From the NCBI GenBank assembly GCA_028287895.1, contig JAQBOV010000073.1:3088-67087 (forward strand): a stretch of 64,000 nucleotides of DNA. The letters run 5' to 3'. The notes below the pieces were generated by a model, which was not told the DNA's origin, made no database searches, and was given only the letters and a program-made list of their open reading frames with translations. The position numbers and the translations under genes were made by a program. Below are positions 9,332-19,903 of this stretch, piece by piece. Source of the DNA: Mucilaginibacter sp. GTDB lineage: Bacteria > Bacteroidota > Bacteroidia > Sphingobacteriales > Sphingobacteriaceae. Every line of letters begins with the position of its first letter. Position 1 is the stretch's first letter.

Positions 9332-9862
9332 ATGATGAATAAAATACGCATAGCCATTGATATGGATGAGGTTATGGCTGATACCATTGATAAATTTATC
9401 GAGGTTTACCAGCGCGACCACCAGGTAGATCTTGCGCTGGAGCAAATGCATGGAAAAGAGTTTCACGAGTTGCTGCCCGATAAATTAAATGATAGCTGGC
9501 GCGATTATGTGAACCAGCCCGGCTTTTTCAGGAACCTGAAAGTAATGGCCGGCAGTCAGCAGATAATAAAGGGCCTGTGCGAAAAATATGATGTGTACAT
9601 CGTTTCCGCTGCTATGGAGTTCCCCAATTCCCTGATCGATAAGTATGACTGGCTGAGAGAACATTTCCCTTATATCCATTGGAAAAATATCATATTCTGC
9701 GGTAATAAGATCGTTGATGTCCAGATCATGATCGATGACAGGATAAGGAACTTTACGGGCTTTAACGGCCGCAAAATATTATTCTCATCGCCCCACAATT
9801 TTTTAATTACCGAATACGAAAGGGTAAATACCTGGACAGAAGTGGCCGGTAAATTATTATAA
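9332..9862 (+). CDS. 5'(3')-deoxyribonucleotidase (HAD superfamily, NT5C-like)
   Basis: 176 aa. The DxDxV motif (IAIDMDEVMAD) and the overall NT5C-type pattern are present. Confidence 0.8.
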   Translation: MMNKIRIAIDMDEVMADTIDKFIEVYQRDHQVDLALEQMHGKEFHELLPDKLNDSWRDYVNQPGFFRNLKVMAGSQQIIKGLCEKYDVYIVSAAMEFPNSLIDKYDWLREHFPYIHWKNIIFCGNKIVDVQIMIDDRIRNFTGFNGRKILFSSPHNFLITEYERVNTWTEVAGKLL

Positions 9863-10093
9863 AATGGAGACAAGAGTCAACAATCAAGATATAAGAAGCC
9901 GGATTTTCTAAATGGGTCTTTTTGAATAAAAGTAAACGCAAACTCTCCTGCATCCTCCCTCTTATTCTTTAATCCAATTGTTGTTTCTTCTTATTTCTCG
10001 GGTTTTTTACGGCGCTCTGCCCCTGATTCCAATAAATAGTGTTATAAAAAAATTTAACTTTACCCGGCTGCCCTTAAATTTGTAACCAGATAT

Positions 10094-12202
10094 ATGCTAA
10101 ATGATATTCTTGCGGCATTAAACGATTGTGTTTGGGCCTTTGATATAAATACAAAAAAATACCTGTTCATCAGCCCGAGTATACAGGCCATTACAGATTA
10201 TCACGTCAAGGATTTTCAGCAAAATACTGAGCTGTGGAATGAAATTATCGATCCCCGCGACAGTAAGGAAGTTTTAACAGCAAGCCCTAAATACGATACC
10301 GGAGAATGGGTAAAATTTACCTACCGCATCATCGCCAGGAGCGGAAAAATAAAGTGGGTCCATCAAAAAAAGCGCCACCTTACTGATGAACAAACCAATG
10401 ATCAAATACTGCTAAGCGTTATTGAGGACATATCCGACCAAAGGCAGGTCAATTTTAATTTACAGGAATCATTGGGCGATTTCAGCGTATTGTTCAATAA
10501 TAACCCCGCACCTATGTGGATATATGAACTACCTAGCCTGCGTATTTTGAAGGTAAATGACGCTGCTCTGAAACATTATGGTTATACGGAAGATGAATTC
10601 TTAACGATGACCATCCGCGATATACGACCGCGGATCGATCTGGCAAAATTTAATGATTACCTGTATCGCAAAGCTATCCCGGAAAACAGCCCGCATGGTT
10701 TTAACAACGCCGGCGTATGGAGACATCAAAACAAAAAAGGCGAAACTGTTTATGCTGAAATAACCGGTCACGAAATAAAATATGACAATCATAGCGCCAG
10801 GATAATTATTGCCACAGATGTTACCGGAAAAGTATTACAACAGGAAGACCTGAAGCGCCGCGAGCAGTTTCTCACTTCGCTGGTCGATTCGCAGACCAAC
10901 TTCTTAGTACGGATCGATGCCAATTGCTTTTTCACATTTGCCAATAAATGGTTTTTTAAAACGTTGGGCTATAAAAAGGCGGATATAATCGGCAGGCATT
11001 TTTCAGTTACAGCCCTGGCAGAAGAAAAAGAGTTATGCGAACAGGCGTTTAAAAATTGCATTAAAAATCCCGGCAAGGTCATTGGTCTGAGGCATCGCAA
11101 ACTGGATATGGAAGGTAATACCCATTGGATAAAATGGGAATTTATCGCCATTACCGACCAGGACGGACAGGTAACCGAATTACAGGGTGTGGGTCAGGAT
11201 GATACTCAGAATATCCAGATCGAGAAGGAAATTAAAAAGGCGTCCGAAAGGCTTAACAGTTTTATTGAAAGTATTACGGATTCATTTTTTATAGTTAATA
11301 ATGAATGGCGATTTATAAAAATAAATCGTGCTTTTGAAAAGATAACCGGCAAACCCCGTGACGAAATTTTAGGATCGGTTATCTGGGACATTTTTCCTGG
11401 CATAATAGCTACCGATTTTGAACAAGCCTACCGTAAAGCCATGACCGGGCAGGTAAGCGTTCAATTTACAGAACATTTTAAACCTTTGAATAAGTGGTTC
11501 AACACCACGGTTTACCCCGCATCTGAAGGTTTAACCGTGTTTGTGCGGGATATCACGCACGAAAAGCATGCCCAGGAAGAAGTAGTATGGACAAAAAACA
11601 ATCTGGAAGCTTTGATCAATAATACCGAAGATCTTACCTGGTCAATAGACAAGGAAGGACGGTATGTTTACATCAACAGTGCTTACCGCAAAAGAATAGC
11701 AGGCACAATGGGTGTGGTGCCTAAAGAAGGTGATGATGCCTATGCACACTCGGGCCATACTGAAAAAATAAACCAGGAGTGGAGATCCTATTACCACCGT
11801 GCTTTTTTAGGAGAAAGATATATGACCCGGCACCAAAGTCTAAATCCGCAAACCAAAGAACCTTCCTATTTTGAGGTGAGTTTTAACCCGATCTATAAAG
11901 CCACCAAAGACGAAATTATTGGCGTAGGCTGTTTTGCGCGGGATATAACCGAAAGGCTTAAAACCGAGGAGGCACTGATACAACAAAATGAGCGCTTAAA
12001 GAATATAGCCTCGCTAAGCTCACACGAGCTGCGCAGGCCGGTCGCGAGCATGATGGGATTACTTAACATCCTCGACAGGGAAAATTTCAGCAACCCCGAG
12101 AACGAGCAGATCATAGAACACCTGTTTACCGTAAGCCAGGAAATTGACGATGTGATACGCCTGATCGTCAATAAGACCTTTATTGATGGCTTGCCCCTGT
12201 AA
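10094..12202 (+). CDS. Multi-PAS/PAC sensor protein ending in a HisKA-like H-box, with no ATPase domain
   Basis: 702 aa with about five PAS/PAC-like repeats (recurring D.TE.K..E motifs). The C-terminal 65 aa carry SHELRRPVASMMGLLNIL. The protein stops with no N/G1/G2 boxes. Confidence 0.8.
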   Translation: MLNDILAALNDCVWAFDINTKKYLFISPSIQAITDYHVKDFQQNTELWNEIIDPRDSKEVLTASPKYDTGEWVKFTYRIIARSGKIKWVHQKKRHLTDEQTNDQILLSVIEDISDQRQVNFNLQESLGDFSVLFNNNPAPMWIYELPSLRILKVNDAALKHYGYTEDEFLTMTIRDIRPRIDLAKFNDYLYRKAIPENSPHGFNNAGVWRHQNKKGETVYAEITGHEIKYDNHSARIIIATDVTGKVLQQEDLKRREQFLTSLVDSQTNFLVRIDANCFFTFANKWFFKTLGYKKADIIGRHFSVTALAEEKELCEQAFKNCIKNPGKVIGLRHRKLDMEGNTHWIKWEFIAITDQDGQVTELQGVGQDDTQNIQIEKEIKKASERLNSFIESITDSFFIVNNEWRFIKINRAFEKITGKPRDEILGSVIWDIFPGIIATDFEQAYRKAMTGQVSVQFTEHFKPLNKWFNTTVYPASEGLTVFVRDITHEKHAQEEVVWTKNNLEALINNTEDLTWSIDKEGRYVYINSAYRKRIAGTMGVVPKEGDDAYAHSGHTEKINQEWRSYYHRAFLGERYMTRHQSLNPQTKEPSYFEVSFNPIYKATKDEIIGVGCFARDITERLKTEEALIQQNERLKNIASLSSHELRRPVASMMGLLNILDRENFSNPENEQIIEHLFTVSQEIDDVIRLIVNKTFIDGLPL

Positions 12203-12247
12203 AATTATTAAGTAAGCTCATCCCCCTGGGCTCAATTATTAAATTTT

Positions 12248-13228
12248 TTACAGCGAAAGCATCTCGACTATCTTTAAAAGGTTGGGATCGATATCCGTAC
12301 TGTGTTTGATAGCATGTTCAAACGGCGTATAAGCTATTTTGTTGTTGATCACACCGACCATTTGTCCTTTATAACCAGCCATTAAAGCTTCAACAGCGGC
12401 AACACCCACACGGCTTGCCAACACCCTGTCCATGCAGGTTGGCTTTCCTCCGCGCTGAATGTGTCCCAATATGGAAACCCGGGTGTCATAATGCGGAAAT
12501 TTTTCTTTTACCCTGCGTCCTATTTCAAAGGCGCCGCCTTCTTCATTTTCTCCCTCAGCCACGATAACTATTCGCGATGTTTTGTCTTTGCGCCCATGCT
12601 CCAGCCTGTCAAACAGGTTGGTTAGGCCCGTTTTGCTTTCGGGGATGATAATGTTTTCCGCCCCTGATGCAATACCGGTACGTAAAGCGATCTTGCCCGA
12701 GTCACGGCCCATTACTTCTACAATAAATAAGCGGTCATGCGACTCGGCGGTATCCCTTATCTTATCTACCGCGTTGATCACGGTGTTTATGGCAGTATCA
12801 TACCCTATGGTGAAGTCGGTACCCATCAGGTCATTGTCTATAGTACCGGGCAGGCCCAGAACAGGTATATCGAACTGATCACCAAAAGCTTTGGCTCCTC
12901 TGAATGTACCGTCGCCGCCAATAGCTATTAAAGCATCAACATTAAACTTTTTTAGCTGATCATAGGCGAGCTGACGCCCCTGTTTGGTTCTGAAGCTTTC
13001 GCTGCGGGCGGTTTTCAAAATAGTTCCTCCGCGCTGGATGATATTTGAAACCGATTTACGGTCCATCTGAAAGAGATCACCATTGATCATCCCTTCATAA
13101 CCTCTCCTTATACCGGTAACATTAATATCGTAATATAAGGCTGCACGCACTACTGCACGTATGGCAGAATTCATACCGGGCGCATCACCGCCGGATGTAA
13201 AAAGTCCAATATTTTTGATCTGGGCCAT
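12248..13228 (-). CDS. pfkA: ATP-dependent 6-phosphofructokinase
   Basis: Motifs FTSGGDAPGMN, GGDGT, PGTIDND and MGRDSG are present. I placed the start at ATG 13228; the track start at 13243 is TTG. Confidence 0.95.
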   Translation of the reverse strand: MAQIKNIGLFTSGGDAPGMNSAIRAVVRAALYYDINVTGIRRGYEGMINGDLFQMDRKSVSNIIQRGGTILKTARSESFRTKQGRQLAYDQLKKFNVDALIAIGGDGTFRGAKAFGDQFDIPVLGLPGTIDNDLMGTDFTIGYDTAINTVINAVDKIRDTAESHDRLFIVEVMGRDSGKIALRTGIASGAENIIIPESKTGLTNLFDRLEHGRKDKTSRIVIVAEGENEEGGAFEIGRRVKEKFPHYDTRVSILGHIQRGGKPTCMDRVLASRVGVAAVEALMAGYKGQMVGVINNKIAYTPFEHAIKHSTDIDPNLLKIVEMLSL

Positions 13229-13357
13229 TGTTATTATTGGCAAACTATTGTTTGCTTAAAAAAGGTAAATGCAAATACTAATCTTCTTCGTTACTGATGG
13301 TGTGGTAATAACACGATCAAAAATCTGCGCGAATTTACATTAATTTTTTTCTCGGTG

Positions 13358-15103
13358 CTACTTTTTGTAAGCTTTGTATGCAGCAATGCCGCGCTCCAGA
13401 AATTTTGTGTAGCTGCTAGTGTTATAGTCTGCAGGAGATGGCATAATGTCCTTGCCATCCTGGTCTTTGAGCAGGTTACCATCGCTATCGAGCATCACAT
13501 ACAGGGGTTGTGAGTTAGAATTAAACCTTGACGCCTCAACATCACTCCATTTTCCGCCCAGGGTAGTTATTCTCTTACCACTGTAGTTTGAGGTAAATTG
13601 TTCGGCAGGGTTCAGCTCTGCCTTATCATCCACCACTAATTGCAACAGAATAAAGTCATCGCGTAAATGCTTGAACACGCCCGGGTCAGACCATACGTTG
13701 GTTTCCATTTTGCGGCAGTTAACGCAGTTAAAGCCTGTAAAATCAATGATAATTGGTTTATGCAACTCCTTTGATACTTGTAAAGCCTGGTCATAATCAT
13801 ACCATGCATCCAAACCGCGTGTTTTTATGCGCAGATAATTATTAGCATATTTTCTTTCTTTGACAGACGATTGCTGAACCGGAGAAAATGCTGCCCCTGA
13901 ACCATCAGGTATTTTGGAAAGATCGAAATCCTGGGTGGCAGGCGGTGGTAAAAATGCGCTGATGGATTTTAGCGGCGCCCCCCACAAACCCGGTATCATG
14001 TAAATAACAAACGCAAATACAATAATGGATATGAATAATCTTGTTACTGATAAATAGGGCACATCACTATCATGCGAAAACTTGATCTTACCGATCAGAT
14101 ATAATCCAAGCAGTAAGCCCAGTGCTATCCATAATGATAGAAATATCTCGCGGTCAAACCAGTTCCAATGGTAGGCCAGGTCAACATTCGACAAGAATTT
14201 TAATGCAAAAGCCAATTCCAAAAAGCCCAGCACTACTTTAACACTGTTTAACCAGCCGCCTGATTTTGGCAGGGTTTTCAAAGCAGAAGGGAATAGAGCA
14301 AATACAGTAAATGGTATGGCCAAAGCTAATGAGAAGCCGAACATCCCAACAGCGGGAGCCAAGCGTTCGCCTTTTGAAGCAGCCTCAACAAGCAGGGTTC
14401 CGATAATGGGTCCGGTGCACGAAAAGGAAACCACCACCAGGGTTGCTGCCATAAAGAATATTCCTGCCATACCGCCCTTGTCCGAATTGGCATCCAGCTT
14501 ATTAGCTAATGAACTTGGCAAGGTAATCTCAAACGCACCCAGAAATGATATCCCGAAAACTACCAGCAACAAAAAGAAAAAGAAATTAAAGATACCATTG
14601 GTGGATAATGCATTAAGTGCATCCGAGCCAAATGATACCGTAATGATCAGCCCTAATGTTACATAGATAACGATAATAGATATGCCATAAATAGCGGATT
14701 GTAAAATGGCTTTGCTCCGTGTACCTCCTTGTTTTGTGAAAAAACTTACGGTTAACGGCAATAAAGGATAAATACATGGCAGCAACAGTGCTGTAAATCC
14801 GCCTAAAAGACCCGCGATAAAAATTTGCCACAGCGTTTTTGGCGTTTCGGTATTGCTAACTTTTACATTGGCTGCCGGTTTTACTTTTGAATTTGCAGCT
14901 TCCTGTTGCGCCTTCTTCCTTGCGGCCAAACTATCGGCAGCCGTTGGGATGTCGGTAAATTGCACCTCACCGGTTGAAACGGTATCCGTTGATTTTTTTT
15001 GAAAAGCCTGTGCATGGTTAATGCCGGCAAAAGTAAACACGATTACCACTATCAAGGTAGATAATATGGCTTTCATATAATTCCTGGGGGTTGAAGACGT
15101 CAT
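13358..15103 (-). CDS. dsbD: Protein-disulfide reductase DsbD-family protein (CcdA-like TM core plus C-terminal thioredoxin domain)
   Basis: It has a signal-like N-terminus, the TM-core cysteines LLPCIYPLLP and FSCTGPI, and the thioredoxin motif FNCVNCRKME. Confidence 0.88.
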   Translation of the reverse strand: MTSSTPRNYMKAILSTLIVVIVFTFAGINHAQAFQKKSTDTVSTGEVQFTDIPTAADSLAARKKAQQEAANSKVKPAANVKVSNTETPKTLWQIFIAGLLGGFTALLLPCIYPLLPLTVSFFTKQGGTRSKAILQSAIYGISIIVIYVTLGLIITVSFGSDALNALSTNGIFNFFFFLLLVVFGISFLGAFEITLPSSLANKLDANSDKGGMAGIFFMAATLVVVSFSCTGPIIGTLLVEAASKGERLAPAVGMFGFSLALAIPFTVFALFPSALKTLPKSGGWLNSVKVVLGFLELAFALKFLSNVDLAYHWNWFDREIFLSLWIALGLLLGLYLIGKIKFSHDSDVPYLSVTRLFISIIVFAFVIYMIPGLWGAPLKSISAFLPPPATQDFDLSKIPDGSGAAFSPVQQSSVKERKYANNYLRIKTRGLDAWYDYDQALQVSKELHKPIIIDFTGFNCVNCRKMETNVWSDPGVFKHLRDDFILLQLVVDDKAELNPAEQFTSNYSGKRITTLGGKWSDVEASRFNSNSQPLYVMLDSDGNLLKDQDGKDIMPSPADYNTSSYTKFLERGIAAYKAYKK

Positions 15104-15116
15104 TTTTTAGCAATGC

Positions 15117-15569
15117 TTATTTACCCAAAGGAACAGTGAAATCAACATCATCTGGTGGCAGGCATTTTTTGTCGTTGCAGGTCATAAATTCAAGCTGACC
15201 CTTTATGGCAGTAACTTTGTTTGATTTCAATTTTATCTTTTGCTGAAAGATAACCGTTTTTTCAAAGTAGCTTACATTCATTTTGAATGCTTCCTCGTAT
15301 TTGGTAACGGGTTTCGGCTCTGATGGTTTACCTACCAAAGTGTAGTCCTTTGAAGGGGCAAATGTAAATGAGGTTTTGATAGGGCCGCCGTCTTTTACAT
15401 TTTGTGAATAGATGTGCCAGCCGTCCTCAATGGTGGCGCGCAATAATATTACCGCTTCGTTATTATTTAATCTTTTAGCCGCGTACGACCATTTTACTGG
15501 CGCCTCTATCTGTGCATAAGCACCGGCGCTGATCATAAACACAATCATTAAAAGCAATACTTTCTTCAT
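15117..15569 (-). CDS. Stand-alone DsbD N-terminal (alpha) domain-like secreted protein
   Basis: 150 aa. It has a signal peptide (MKKVLLLMIVFMISAGAYAQ) and the redox motif FMTCNDKKCLPP, which resembles the DsbD-alpha Cys pair followed by PP. It ends 13 nt upstream of the DsbD core gene. Confidence 0.7.
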   Translation of the reverse strand: MKKVLLLMIVFMISAGAYAQIEAPVKWSYAAKRLNNNEAVILLRATIEDGWHIYSQNVKDGGPIKTSFTFAPSKDYTLVGKPSEPKPVTKYEEAFKMNVSYFEKTVIFQQKIKLKSNKVTAIKGQLEFMTCNDKKCLPPDDVDFTVPLGK

Positions 15570-15643
15570 TTTTTATAGTTAATTAGTTCAATTGTTCATT
15601 GCTCTGGTCTATTACCATACTTGACGATAAATTTGAGGCAGCT

Positions 15644-16414
15644 TTATTTATTCAAAAATTCAATTTCTTTCTGATTAAATTCTGAAGCATCGGAGCCATT
15701 GATGACCACCAATAAGCCGTTATCCTTAACCTCTTTGATCATCCCTGCAAATACCTGGCCCCTTGCTTTAAACATTTTATCCTCATTCAGCCAGTATAGC
15801 CGCTCAAGATAGGCTTTCCTTACCGATTCAAATCTGCCAGCTTTAAGGTTCAGATAGGCTGCTTCAATATTTTTACAAATTTCTGATAATATTAATTTCA
15901 AATCATAATCCCTATGTAAGATTTGTTTTAATGACACTGCATTGGGCACATCTAACGGAAAATTGTCCTGATTAATATTTAATCCGATGCCAATTACTGA
16001 ATTTTTTATTTGATTGCCCTGTACCATGTTTTCTATGAGTATTCCGCCGAGCTTACCGTCAGCATAATATATATCGTTTGGCCATTTTATTTTTAATTTG
16101 CCGCCCAAAAGTGGCTCCAGAGCATTCATAATGCCCAAACTGATGGCCCTTGTCAAATCAAATTGTTGCCATACGGGTAAAAAAACAGGCTTTAACAATA
16201 TGCTAAATGTTAAGTTTTTCCCCGCCTGGCTGTGCCAGCGGCTTTGCTGCTGGCCCCGGCCGGCATACTGGCTTTCTGCCATAATGACCGTTCCTTCTGC
16301 TAATGGCTTGGAATTTGACAATGATTCCTTGAGGAAATTATTAGTTGAATCAACTTGTTTAACTGTGATTAAATTTTGTCCAACAAATAATCCCGAAAAT
16401 ATGTTATTTTGCAA
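15644..16414 (-). CDS. birA: Biotin--[acetyl-CoA-carboxylase] ligase (class I, no HTH)
   Basis: The GRGQQQSRWHS motif (GRGRxxRxW type) and KWPNDI are present. The only in-frame start near the N-terminus is TTG at 16414. Confidence 0.88.
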   Translation of the reverse strand: MQNNIFSGLFVGQNLITVKQVDSTNNFLKESLSNSKPLAEGTVIMAESQYAGRGQQQSRWHSQAGKNLTFSILLKPVFLPVWQQFDLTRAISLGIMNALEPLLGGKLKIKWPNDIYYADGKLGGILIENMVQGNQIKNSVIGIGLNINQDNFPLDVPNAVSLKQILHRDYDLKLILSEICKNIEAAYLNLKAGRFESVRKAYLERLYWLNEDKMFKARGQVFAGMIKEVKDNGLLVVINGSDASEFNQKEIEFLNK

Positions 16415-16458
16415 AGTAATAATGTGTATACAAGATCGTTCAAAACTAATTCTTTTTG

Positions 16459-16833
16459 ATGGTAAAAAACAAAGTGTTAAATGAATCCGCTTATATTTCT
16501 GAATTGGCCATATTTGGCATCCAGGAAAAAAAGGGAAATGATATTGTTAGGTTAGACCTTCGTAATATATTCAGTTCGGTGTCTGATTACTTTGTGATTT
16601 GCCATGCCGACTCGACCACACAGGTAAAAGCGATCGCCAATAGCGTTGAAGAAGAAATATTTAAAGCAACACAACAGGAACCCTGGCGCAAAGAGGGCCT
16701 TGAATATGGCGAATGGATACTGCTGGATTATGTAGATGTAGTGGTACACATTTTTAGAACCGATAAGCGCGAATTTTATGGTGTAGAAGACTTATGGGGC
16801 GATGCTGAAATTAAATTTTATAAAAGCGCTTAA
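16459..16833 (+). CDS. rsfS: Ribosome silencing factor
   Basis: About 124 aa with an RsfS/iojap pattern (KKG.DIV.LDL......DYFVICHADS..QV.AIA). I placed the start at ATG 16459; the track start at 16456 is TTG. Confidence 0.88.
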   Translation: MVKNKVLNESAYISELAIFGIQEKKGNDIVRLDLRNIFSSVSDYFVICHADSTTQVKAIANSVEEEIFKATQQEPWRKEGLEYGEWILLDYVDVVVHIFRTDKREFYGVEDLWGDAEIKFYKSA

Positions 16834-16926
16834 AAAAATCCGTCACAGAACCGTTAAGACATGCGTCTTTGCTGAGCCCCCTAAAATGTTAAAAATTAAT
16901 GATCCTAAGTTTGATCTTGAAAAGAA

Positions 16927-19044
16927 ATGAAAGATAATAAATCAGAGAATCCAAAACCTATCCGGAAAATACCCAATAAAAAAATTGCGCCCAAACCGCC
17001 CAGGTTTAACATCATGTGGCTTTATGCCGTTGTTATACTGGTGCTGCTTGGTGTAGGCTACTTGTCAAGCAATCCTGTTTCCAAAACCATTAGTTATCAG
17101 TTTTTTGATTCCAATATATTAAAACAGCATGATGCTGAAAAACTGGTAGCCTATAAAAATGGGGACCTGGTGGTAGTAGAGGTTTATATCAAGAAGGACA
17201 GCCTTAAAAAGCCTCAATATGCCGAAGTACGCGATCAAAAATCAATTACCGGCTCCTCAAATAACGGCCCTCAGTTTATTTTTACAGATGCTTCATACGA
17301 GAGCCTGAAACAAACTGTAACCAATGCGGAAAAAGATCTGCCGGATTCACAAAGAACACCAATCGAGTTTACTCAACACGAAAGTATCTTGGGGAACTGG
17401 CTGGTGCAGGGCATTATTATGGTGGTATTATTTGCCGCTGTTTGGATATTCATCATGCGCCGCATGTCTGGCGGAAGTGGTGGCGGTCCTGGCGGACAGA
17501 TATTCAATATCGGTAAATCAAAAGCTACTTTATTTGATAAAGAGGCCCAGGTATCCGTTACTTTTAACGATGTGGCCGGCCTGGAAGAAGCCAAGCAGGA
17601 AGTAATGGAAATTGTTGATTTCCTTAAAAATCCTAAAAAATATACCAACCTGGGAGGTAAGATCCCCAAGGGCGCCTTATTGATCGGTTCTCCCGGTACA
17701 GGTAAGACCCTGCTGGCTAAAGCGGTTGCAGGTGAGGCACAAGTGCCATTCTTCTCCCTTTCGGGTTCCGACTTTGTGGAAATGTTTGTAGGTGTGGGTG
17801 CTTCACGTGTTCGTGACCTGTTCCGCCAGGCAAAAGACAAGGCTCCATGTATCATTTTTATTGATGAGATAGATGCTATTGGCCGTGCCCGCGGTAAAAA
17901 CAACATTGTTGGAGGTAATGATGAGCGCGAGAATACATTGAACCAGTTGCTGGTTGAGATGGATGGTTTCGGTACCGATTCGGGTATCATTATATTGGCC
18001 GCTACCAATCGCCCGGATGTGCTTGACTCCGCTTTATTGCGTCCGGGACGTTTTGACAGACAGGTTTCTATTGACAAGCCGGATCTGATCGGCCGCGAGC
18101 AGATATTTAAGGTGCATTTAAAACCGGTTAAACTGGCAGAAGGTGTTGATGCCAAAAAATTATCAGCACAAACTCCGGGCTTTGCCGGAGCTGAAATTGC
18201 CAACGTTTGCAACGAAGCCGCTTTAATTGCTGCACGTAAAAATAAAGAGGCGGTTGAAATGATCGATTTCCAGGATGCTATTGACCGGGTCATTGGCGGT
18301 TTAGAGAAAAAGAATAAGATCATATCTCCTGAAGAAAAACGTATTGTGGCCTATCACGAAGCAGGACATGCTATTGCAGGCTGGTTCCTTGAACATGCAG
18401 ATCCGCTGGTTAAGGTTTCCATCGTGCCACGTGGGGTTGCTGCTTTGGGATATGCACAATATCTGCCAAAAGAGCAGTTTTTGTACACTACCGAACAATT
18501 GGAAGATGGCATGTGTATGACCATGGGCGGTCGTGTCGCCGAGGATATTACTTTCGGCAAAATATCAACCGGCGCGCAGAACGATTTAGAGCGGATAACC
18601 AAGCTGGCTTATGCCATGGTTACCATTTATGGTATGAACGAAAAAGTTGGTAATGTATCCTTTAACGATACCCAGGGAGAATACCAGTTTAACAAACCAT
18701 ATTCTGAAAAAACTTCTGAACTGATAGACCAGGAAGTGCGTAACCAGATCAATGAGATGTATTCCCGTACTAAAAAATTACTTATTGATAAGCGTGACGG
18801 CTTAATAAAATTAGCCGACAAGTTGTTGGAGAAAGAAATTTTGTTCCAATCAGACCTGGAAGAAATTTTAGGCAAGCGCCCGTTTGAGCACCGTACCACT
18901 TATGATGAGTTTGTAAATGGCACTGATGAGTCAAACCAGGAAGCTGCTGCCGGGAACCTGATTCACGAAGGAGTAGCTGATCATTCGGGAACATTCAACA
19001 GAAACCCCGAAGAAAAGGAAGCGAAGAAGAGCGATAAAGAATAA
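16927..19044 (+). CDS. ftsH: ATP-dependent zinc metalloprotease FtsH
   Basis: It has Walker A ([17 protein letters not shown]), Walker B (IIFIDEIDA), the SRH region and the zinc motif HEAGHAI, plus two N-terminal transmembrane segments. Confidence 0.97.
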   Translation: MKDNKSENPKPIRKIPNKKIAPKPPRFNIMWLYAVVILVLLGVGYLSSNPVSKTISYQFFDSNILKQHDAEKLVAYKNGDLVVVEVYIKKDSLKKPQYAEVRDQKSITGSSNNGPQFIFTDASYESLKQTVTNAEKDLPDSQRTPIEFTQHESILGNWLVQGIIMVVLFAAVWIFIMRRMSGGSGGGPGGQIFNIGKSKATLFDKEAQVSVTFNDVAGLEEAKQEVMEIVDFLKNPKKYTNLGGKIPKGALLIGSPGTGKTLLAKAVAGEAQVPFFSLSGSDFVEMFVGVGASRVRDLFRQAKDKAPCIIFIDEIDAIGRARGKNNIVGGNDERENTLNQLLVEMDGFGTDSGIIILAATNRPDVLDSALLRPGRFDRQVSIDKPDLIGREQIFKVHLKPVKLAEGVDAKKLSAQTPGFAGAEIANVCNEAALIAARKNKEAVEMIDFQDAIDRVIGGLEKKNKIISPEEKRIVAYHEAGHAIAGWFLEHADPLVKVSIVPRGVAALGYAQYLPKEQFLYTTEQLEDGMCMTMGGRVAEDITFGKISTGAQNDLERITKLAYAMVTIYGMNEKVGNVSFNDTQGEYQFNKPYSEKTSELIDQEVRNQINEMYSRTKKLLIDKRDGLIKLADKLLEKEILFQSDLEEILGKRPFEHRTTYDEFVNGTDESNQEAAAGNLIHEGVADHSGTFNRNPEEKEAKKSDKE

Positions 19045-19054
19045 TAATCTAGCT

Positions 19055-19107
19055 AAAAGCTGAAAGCAGAAGGACCACCGCTCATCACCTTACTGCTTTT
19101 AGCTTTT
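19055..19107 (+). terminator. Hairpin downstream of ftsH (possible terminator)
   Basis: AAAAGCTGAAAGCAG (19055-19069) pairs with CTGCTTTTAGCTTTT (19093-19107) over 15 bp with one G-U and a 23-nt loop. The long loop and the lack of a clean U-tract weaken the call. Confidence 0.35.
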
Positions 19108-19123
19108 GGCTTTAGCTCCTAAA

Positions 19124-19762
19124 ATGAGGGATATAACTACATCAAAAGAAAAATTACTTAAGAAGATCCGCAAGGCCTTGCTTGAGAAAAGGGATAACCC
19201 TTATCCTAATCTTGAAGATTTGCCCCATTACCCTGCCAATGATGAATTACTTGAAGTACTTTTTGCCCAGGAGTTTACCGCAGTATCCGGGCAGTTTGTT
19301 TTTTGTGAAGACGAGCTGCAGTTTATTGAAACTTTACTAAACCTGGCCGATCAGCATAAGTGGCATAAAATATATTGCTGGGAACCCGCCTTACAGGATA
19401 TATTGACCCGATATGATTATCCATTTTTTAAGACAGACAAGGATTTCGAACAAGCCGAGGTTGGTTTTACCTTATGCGAGGCATTAATTGCCCGTAACGG
19501 CAGTATTTTGTTATCGAGTGCGAGCATGGCGGGCCGCCGGCTTAGTATTTATCCGCCCATTCATATTGTTTTAGCATATACTTCGCAACTGGTTCCTGAC
19601 CTGAAGGATGGCTTTAAACTGATAAAAAGTAAATATGGTAACGGATTACCATCGATGGTCACTGCAGTAACCGGCCCAAGCCGAACCGCTGATATTGAAA
19701 AAACCCTTGTTTTAGGTGCACATGGCCCCAAAGAGCTGTTTGTGTTTCTGCTGGACGGCTGA
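19124..19762 (+). CDS. LUD-domain (LutC/YkgG-like) protein
   Basis: About 212 aa with a LutC-like pattern (..ARNGSILLSS......RRLSIYPPIHIVL....). I placed the start at ATG 19124; the track start at 19106 is non-ATG and lies inside the hairpin. Confidence 0.7.
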   Translation: MRDITTSKEKLLKKIRKALLEKRDNPYPNLEDLPHYPANDELLEVLFAQEFTAVSGQFVFCEDELQFIETLLNLADQHKWHKIYCWEPALQDILTRYDYPFFKTDKDFEQAEVGFTLCEALIARNGSILLSSASMAGRRLSIYPPIHIVLAYTSQLVPDLKDGFKLIKSKYGNGLPSMVTAVTGPSRTADIEKTLVLGAHGPKELFVFLLDG

Positions 19763-19903
19763 TTTATCCGGCCATTTTTCGCTAACTCCTTCATTAAGTT
19801 TTATTTATTGCTCTGTAAAAATACCGTTAAAACACGGTGGATATTTTTATTTTTTAGATTGTATATTGGCAGAAATATTTACCCAAACCCTAACTAAAAA
19901 ATC

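Noticed and set aside
17373-18323. A 316-aa ORF antisense to ftsH. Similar long antisense ORFs occur at 34696-35313, 23069-23557, 26149-26658, 40423-40959 and 32055-32513.
   Set aside because: Each lies entirely inside a strongly supported gene on the other strand. The translations are low-complexity (Ser/Pro/Arg/Leu-rich) with no motifs. Such shadow ORFs are expected from codon bias.
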